Source: a virus (Duplodnaviria > Caudoviricetes). Taken from it: a stretch of 52,563 nucleotides of DNA. Of the stretch, positions 48,001 through 52,563 are shown piece by piece. The notes below the pieces were generated by a model. It was not told the origin of the DNA and ran no database searches. It saw only the letters and a program-made list of their open reading frames with translations. Position numbers and translations under genes: made by a program. Numbering within the stretch: position 1 is the first letter of the stretch; every line of letters begins with the position of its first letter. The stretch covers positions 1-52,563 of the IMG/VR virus record IMGVR_UViG_3300030098_003463. The stretch is one strand, 5' to 3'.

Positions 48001-49357
48001 CAAAAGTTAAATCTGCATCAGTATCTTCAAAAACTCTAGTAGATTGTGCTAAAGATTGAGATAAAATGTCATCTATGTAAGTGTCAATAATATTTGAAGC
48101 AGACTCTATGCTAAGAATGTCATTGAGGTCTGCTCCATAATCTTCAAAAACACCAACTATAGTACCTCTAACATCGTCTACTTGAGAAACATCAGAAAAA
48201 TCTACATCTTCTATTAACCGTAAAATTTCGTTTACGGCATTGTCCATATCTTCTACAGCATCGTTTGCAGGAATTACTTCATTTCCAGCAACGTCTACTA
48301 CGGTGTTTTGGTCTACTACTGGTTCTTCTGCTACTACTGGCTCTTCTGTAACTACAGGTTCTTCTGGCACTGCTGTCTCTTCTGGCACCACTGCTTCTGA
48401 AACATCTGGCTCTGGCTCTGGTTCTGGTTCTGGTTCTTCAACTGGATCTGGCCTTTGCGCTTCTGCTTCTTCATCTAATTCACGTTGCGCTCTACCAACC
48501 AAAAAAGACGCCAAGTCAGCAGCATTTGCCCTAGCATCTTCTATACTTGCCCCAGACTGCAATAAAATATCTGCAGCCCTTCCAGTTATATCTTGTCCTT
48601 CAGAAACAGCAGCTTTAACATTTTTATAATTGTTTTTGACTAAATCCCCTGCAACAGATAGGTAATTCCATGTGTAATCAGTCGGCGCAGACACTTCAGC
48701 ATCATCATCATCTGCGCTATCGCCACCGCTTTCTGCAGGTAAATCTACCTGTCGCTGCGCTTCAAAATAAGCATCAGAACTAAGGTAATTACTAACTAAT
48801 CTTCCTAATTCTGGATCTTCAGAAAAAAGACTATCTACGTTAATGTCCCTTCTATTAGGGTCTTCTTCAAGCAAGGCTACTATTTCATTGTATCTATTTT
48901 GACGAAGTGCTTCTGCTTCGCTAGGATCAGACTCTACCCCTTCTTCAAAATCTTCTTCAAAATCTTCTTCTACTATTTCACCATCTTCTACTACTGCTAC
49001 TTCATCCTCAAAATCATCTGCAACTACGTCTTCTGTAACATTTATTTCTTCTTCTTCTTCTTCTTCTATATCATTAAAAGTATCTGCCGTTGTAGTGCTA
49101 GAAGCTACAGCACCGGGAACAGCATCTTCAAAAGCTTGATCTTCAGGAGAAATAAAAGGCTTTGGAACATAAGCTCTTTCTATTATACCCTCTTTGTCAT
49201 ATAAATCTGATAGCCCTGCGCGACTATATAAAATTTCTAACTCTTGCCAATCACTTGAAATAGCATCTGGGCTAGTTCCTTTTTTAAGTTTTTCTTCTAT
49301 TTCACGCTTTTTCTTTCCTGCGCGATTACGCGGAACTGAACTTGTTGCCATTGTCAT
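45080..49357 (-). CDS. Very acidic long coiled-coil internal virion/ejection protein
   Basis: 1425 aa, E/D-rich N-terminus, heptad-like repeats, EP repeats. Confidence 0.7.
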   Translation of the reverse strand: MTMATSSVPRNRAGKKKREIEEKLKKGTSPDAISSDWQELEILYSRAGLSDLYDKEGIIERAYVPKPFISPEDQAFEDAVPGAVASSTTTADTFNDIEEEEEEEINVTEDVVADDFEDEVAVVEDGEIVEEDFEEDFEEGVESDPSEAEALRQNRYNEIVALLEEDPNRRDINVDSLFSEDPELGRLVSNYLSSDAYFEAQRQVDLPAESGGDSADDDDAEVSAPTDYTWNYLSVAGDLVKNNYKNVKAAVSEGQDITGRAADILLQSGASIEDARANAADLASFLVGRAQRELDEEAEAQRPDPVEEPEPEPEPEPDVSEAVVPEETAVPEEPVVTEEPVVAEEPVVDQNTVVDVAGNEVIPANDAVEDMDNAVNEILRLIEDVDFSDVSQVDDVRGTIVGVFEDYGADLNDILSIESASNIIDTYIDDILSQSLAQSTRVFEDTDADLTFGREAEAGIEISMENIINSIAIDEQEILEKTTTLINNKYDDALERLGRLGLLEGGGITASGVTIRQAEEIETARANELIQAELDVGQQYRAELRETLQLFENIKRSRAEEAIDEQRVRIDTTQQLLNFVVSLEEIRLGTRAADVAEGRLGLEARSLDLEDYRTKADERLREAELVGNLDGEETLAMREVLSRIELDKKRLDLEAKISDRELTIQEKAQALNELLGVKQLNLEAKRFNLEEALGLGGLDLNERRVALDEIMGRAGIGVDERRLALDTLLGEGELAVRRDLAAAEIEQVSVSNYLAKNADRRADLELQLQEGEINSRIALETRRLDLEQFIASNDIELRNVGLDIERSRVDQQGRSLNLESRRIDLVEAELAQRADESAEEFSIRRDEMAQRLAQSDEEFELRRSELEQRADETDEEFAFRREELEQEAFLREQQLELQRELETARLDYESTLGFARLEQEGERISLEERKLLLDEMVEVGRLDLATQQLAFEEIQFNQQYSLEEKRYYSDKLLAERGLDQRDRELATAELVANARITQDELELEYSKLSDEKRLALEERGLVIREDMSAAEIQRMNREMNLSEERLALEKTSMDNVQAAQAFEQQMALADRLGYYIDASGEVIPTLAASNAAQEIELRERGLNIEADRLAASTEQFTLSFNQATKEWAAANDLNLRETEALIARTNADIADQEARLKANIEQMDNENAISWENLRLRGVEIEAGREATEEEMAFRREQLAIQIEQQNLDRANDMFKFSEQMDLSLQEFETLNDRWETEWAFSTQQAAQEFGLREDEFAILKYQVEQEIALRGKSLDDAAAQWASEFGLEEERVLQALRQDAAIFEEQLNAMAIENDLSQQEFEMIKAKMTAFNKEEQKRDETWELLMEDFDWDDENAIKNLSAHMALLNGATGLPGGQGQLFENQPGLLESITGFGTSWLVKTFGDDIGKSIESKIKEEFGDFFF

Positions 49358-49381
49358 AGTATTAATGCCTGTTGTTAATTG

Positions 49382-49795
49382 TTACTCTTCGTCAGAAATT
49401 GAATCGCCTAAAAGCAGTCTCATTCGTCCGTACACTAAAGTATTCCATTGCTCTGAAACACAAGATAAAATTAGAGCTTTCTTTTTTTCTCCAATTTTTA
49501 CTGTATTATATGAATCCCCTTCTTCTGTTCTTATTTGTTCTGCTAATGAAAACTTTAACCACTTATCTTCTTCTGTTGTTTCTTCTGTATCCTTGCTGGT
49601 AGTTAAAGAAAACAACACTGCATGTCCTGCAGTTAAATCTACTGTATCAACTAGCTCTTCTTCCGTAAGTTTTTTTGGGTCTTTAGCTTCGTCAATTATT
49701 TTTTGAATATTTGGCTTATGAACTTTAGTGACTATAACTTCCCCATTAAAGTTCAATAATTTTTTGTTAAAATCTACTAAAATTGCTTCACCCAT
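49382..49795 (-). CDS. Hypothetical protein
   Basis: ACCCTCAAGGAG RBS. Confidence 0.7.
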   Translation of the reverse strand: MGEAILVDFNKKLLNFNGEVIVTKVHKPNIQKIIDEAKDPKKLTEEELVDTVDLTAGHAVLFSLTTSKDTEETTEEDKWLKFSLAEQIRTEEGDSYNTVKIGEKKKALILSCVSEQWNTLVYGRMRLLLGDSISDEE

Positions 49796-49825
49796 AATGC
49801 TTCTCCTTGAGGGTTTTAAGTTAAA

Positions 49826-50059
49826 TCATGCTACATTTTTTTGAAAAAACTGTTTTACCATGTTTATAACTGTAGTCAATCCTGCCACTACGTACGGTAT
49901 AACGTCAGGAGTTTGTAAAGACTCAGGCATATACCCAAGGTTGCTAAGTATAGAATAAGCACAAGCACCCACTCCACCCACTGCTGCGCCTTTTGCAGTC
50001 TTTGCAGTCTCTTTTGCACCAAATCCAACTTGGATGTTTTTTTTGATTTTGCCAATCAT
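49826..50059 (-). CDS. Small membrane protein (holin candidate)
   Basis: Two hydrophobic segments, GAGGA RBS. Confidence 0.5.
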   Translation of the reverse strand: MIGKIKKNIQVGFGAKETAKTAKGAAVGGVGACAYSILSNLGYMPESLQTPDVIPYVVAGLTTVINMVKQFFQKNVA

Positions 50060-50073
50060 TTTATCCTCGTATC

Positions 50074-50475
50074 TTAATCGTTCTCGTTAAGAGGCAATTT
50101 GTCTAATGGTCGCTCAATCCGCAAGCTTGGCAATTGAGCATTGGGCAACTTCATTAATGTGCCACCCGTAATTTTTTTATTACCATTGTCATCGACTTCT
50201 AAGTCGTAAAGATAAAATGTTGTTGACAACAAACCTAAATTAGTGATACGAGCAGGTCTTCGTGTGCCGTTGGTTTGCAACCAAACAACATCTGACTCAT
50301 CATAGTCTGTGCCTATCGACAACGCTAAACCAGCAATTAAATTTTGAATACTTTCTTTTAAAAACAACAATGCAAAACCAATAATTGCTAACCATGCATA
50401 CTCATTAAGCAGTGTTGTTAGGCCACTTTCTGCTCCAAACTGCCGTAACGCTTGCTCTGCCACTTGCTCGTTCAT
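50074..50475 (-). CDS. Membrane protein with MscS-like TM + beta domain
   Basis: 'LFLKESIQNLIAGL...D.V...ARI..LGL.ST.F...PN' pattern. Confidence 0.55.
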   Translation of the reverse strand: MNEQVAEQALRQFGAESGLTTLLNEYAWLAIIGFALLFLKESIQNLIAGLALSIGTDYDESDVVWLQTNGTRRPARITNLGLLSTTFYLYDLEVDDNGNKKITGGTLMKLPNAQLPSLRIERPLDKLPLNEND

Positions 50476-50482
50476 GTTTTAT

Positions 50483-50893
50483 CTAACGCAATGGACGCAT
50501 AGCAAACGCTATTATGCCACCAATTATTACTTGCATTACGCCTATCGTAGCCTCATGCTGAAATACAGGCTCCCACTTGCCCCATCCTCCAGCGACTTCC
50601 ATTACTTGATAAAAAATAATGAGGATAGTAGCTGCTGTACTAGCATAAGCAGCACTTGATTTTTCCTGAGACTTAGCATGTTCTTTCTTGGTAAGTGTAA
50701 CAACTTCCGCATGAGCTTTTTTTGCTTCAGCTTTTGCTGATCGAACTTCTTTGCTACGCGCACGTGCTACGCTATCAGAGGCAGTTTGCATTCGTTTTGC
50801 TTGGTCAAGCTCCTTCCAAAGTTGTGTGTAGTACATACGCAACTCTGAAAAACTACCCACAGTTTTAGGATCACGTGGTGGTTTGCCCAACAT
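50483..50893 (-). CDS. Coiled-coil plus two-TM protein (holin candidate)
   Basis: C-terminal hydrophobic helices. Confidence 0.5.
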   Translation of the reverse strand: MLGKPPRDPKTVGSFSELRMYYTQLWKELDQAKRMQTASDSVARARSKEVRSAKAEAKKAHAEVVTLTKKEHAKSQEKSSAAYASTAATILIIFYQVMEVAGGWGKWEPVFQHEATIGVMQVIIGGIIAFAMRPLR

Positions 50894-50896
50894 TTG

Positions 50897-52563
50897 CTAT
50901 CTCACTAAATACAAATCAACGCTTTCGCTGATTTGCTTCATTTTAATCCATGTTGGTCGCACTGGTTCATTAGCTTTAATTTGCACTTGTCCCAATAATC
51001 CAATCAGATTCCACTCTGTACGTTCTTCGCGTGGCGTGTATGTGCGCGATGCATCGTAATCTGGATTTAATTTGCGGACGCTTTGTTTTGAACTCGTCGC
51101 ACCCGTTGGCGGTGTCCACGAAGCGTCTTTGGCAAGCTCGTCGCGCTCGTAGCATGAGCCAGCTTCAACTTTAATATCGTTGATCTGTTTGTCTTCTGGG
51201 ACATCATCTCCATCGACATAACGCACTTCATCCCACTCCCACACTGTAACGTCTTCTCGCAGATACACGCCATAATCATTGGTCAAATATTTGTCGGTCC
51301 AATGATTCCACGCTGTATTGCCAATCACTGCGCTGTTTTTGTTTTCAGATTTTGGCCTGACTACGCCAACAATATTATCAGTGCTATCGGACGATGCGTT
51401 GTAAGCACGTACTTTTTCACCATCCATAACTACCGAAATGCCAATTTCTAACGCTGTTCCATCTGTTGATTCAAAAAACTCCTGATAGTCAGCACCAGAG
51501 CCTGAAAAAGAACCATCTGCGTACGCATTTCCATCCCCACGAAAAGCAAACTCAGTGTCTCCAAATCCAGACCCAGAATACATTTTAAAAAAATTATATG
51601 CAGAGTTAGCAGACCTTGAAGCATTAAGTCTAAAAACAGTGTCACCCTGAGTAGAACTTGTGTTAAAAAAATCAAAACTGCTACCTGCTGAACTATCAGT
51701 AAGCTCAAGTCGCTTGCTCGGGCTTGTTGTGCCAATGCCAACATTACCAGAACTTGACACTAAAAATACATTAGCGTTTGCGCCTATATCTATCGGCCTG
51801 TATTCAGTGCCTGTGTGGAGAGCATTAATCTGACCGTTGTTATTCGTGTTGTCATAGCTAAGTACAATGCCTTTTTGACCACTTGCAGGATTGCCATTTA
51901 CGGTTACGTGATTGCTGTTGGTGTCCGTAAAGTCCACACGATCAGCAGTTACCAACAGATCATCTTCAACCTCAATACCCATATCGCCCGTGGCGTGGTT
52001 GTAATAGATTCGGGATTGATAGCTTGTATCAGCAGAGTCTGAAAACGTAATCTGATTGACAGAGCCGCCACTGCTTGCTGATGCTAATGCGAGTTCAGTG
52101 TTATTGTGTGCCGTTGATCCGATCAACACAATTGCATCTGACGTGCTGTATGTGTGCGGATCACCACCGCCAATCCCTAAGCCAACATCACTTGAGTTTT
52201 CTGAATAAACAAGATTGGCTGATCCGTTAATTGTATCTGAATCGGTAAATGTAGCAATGCGCGTAGATGCGCCGTTTGTAGCATCTATACCGCTAGATGG
52301 AGTAGCCCAGCTAATATCTGTACCGTCAGATGTAAGGACCGTATTAGCCCCACCTTTTGTTAAAATGGCTGTAGCACCACTAGCGTTTCCATAAAGAATA
52401 GAACCACGACTAAGAGCATCTAAAAGGTTTATTTCTGATGCAGTAGAAGATACGGCAGTAGACCCTAATGTTAGTTGTCCATCAGGAACAATAAGACCTG
52501 CGCTGCCATTAAGAATCAAGTCGTCTGCTGAAGTATCCCATGTCATATTTGCAGATGCAGTGT
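50897..52563 (-). CDS. Tail fibre protein, C-terminal part with intramolecular chaperone/autocleavage domain (peptidase G2-like)
   Basis: 'GNVGIGTTSP' fibre motif and 'GADYQEFFES...REERTEWNLIGLLGQV'; open to the right edge. Confidence 0.85.
   Translation of the reverse strand, partial: TASANMTWDTSADDLILNGSAGLIVPDGQLTLGSTAVSSTASEINLLDALSRGSILYGNASGATAILTKGGANTVLTSDGTDISWATPSSGIDATNGASTRIATFTDSDTINGSANLVYSENSSDVGLGIGGGDPHTYSTSDAIVLIGSTAHNNTELALASASSGGSVNQITFSDSADTSYQSRIYYNHATGDMGIEVEDDLLVTADRVDFTDTNSNHVTVNGNPASGQKGIVLSYDNTNNNGQINALHTGTEYRPIDIGANANVFLVSSSGNVGIGTTSPSKRLELTDSSAGSSFDFFNTSSTQGDTVFRLNASRSANSAYNFFKMYSGSGFGDTEFAFRGDGNAYADGSFSGSGADYQEFFESTDGTALEIGISVVMDGEKVRAYNASSDSTDNIVGVVRPKSENKNSAVIGNTAWNHWTDKYLTNDYGVYLREDVTVWEWDEVRYVDGDDVPEDKQINDIKVEAGSCYERDELAKDASWTPPTGATSSKQSVRKLNPDYDASRTYTPREERTEWNLIGLLGQVQIKANEPVRPTWIKMKQISESVDLYLVR

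Noticed and set aside
52095-52563. DGR template/variable repeat pair in the tail fibre
   Set aside because: No reverse transcriptase seen; differences are mostly synonymous, not adenine-specific, and include a block replacement.
1-52563. tRNA genes
   Set aside because: No T-loop GTTCRA within a cloverleaf context noticed by eye; tRNAscan-SE would be decisive.

Overview
This window is an essentially complete ~52 kb tailed-phage genome, probably podovirus-like, with a diderm host inferred from an OM beta-barrel gene. It is opened inside its tail-fibre gene, and the two ends overlap but carry different alleles of one fibre module. The minus strand carries the late genes: terminases, portal, a portal-adjacent L,D-transpeptidase-domain protein, scaffold, capsid, a three-gene glycosyltransferase cassette, head-tail proteins, tail fibre, small membrane proteins and giant ejection/polyvalent proteins. 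The plus strand (~22.5-36.1 kb) carries early/middle genes: DUF932-like, SSB-like, ParB, helicase-loader-like, nucleases, M15-like peptidase and OMP. I recognised no DNA polymerase, helicase, primase, integrase, tRNA or CRISPR. The most striking signals are non-coding. (1) The start of the early region has a ~650-nt densely paired RNA, then a basic protein gene, a type III hammerhead ribozyme and a second structured RNA. (2) A ~520-nt promoter-driven structured element lies ahead of the replication genes. (3) A terminator-like hairpin has a loop antisense to an RBS motif shared by three late genes. (4) There is a perfect chromosomal parS site. (5) A UUU-UAG shifty stop joins two ejection-protein ORFs. 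All protein calls rest on motif recognition and synteny; no database searches or folding programs were run.
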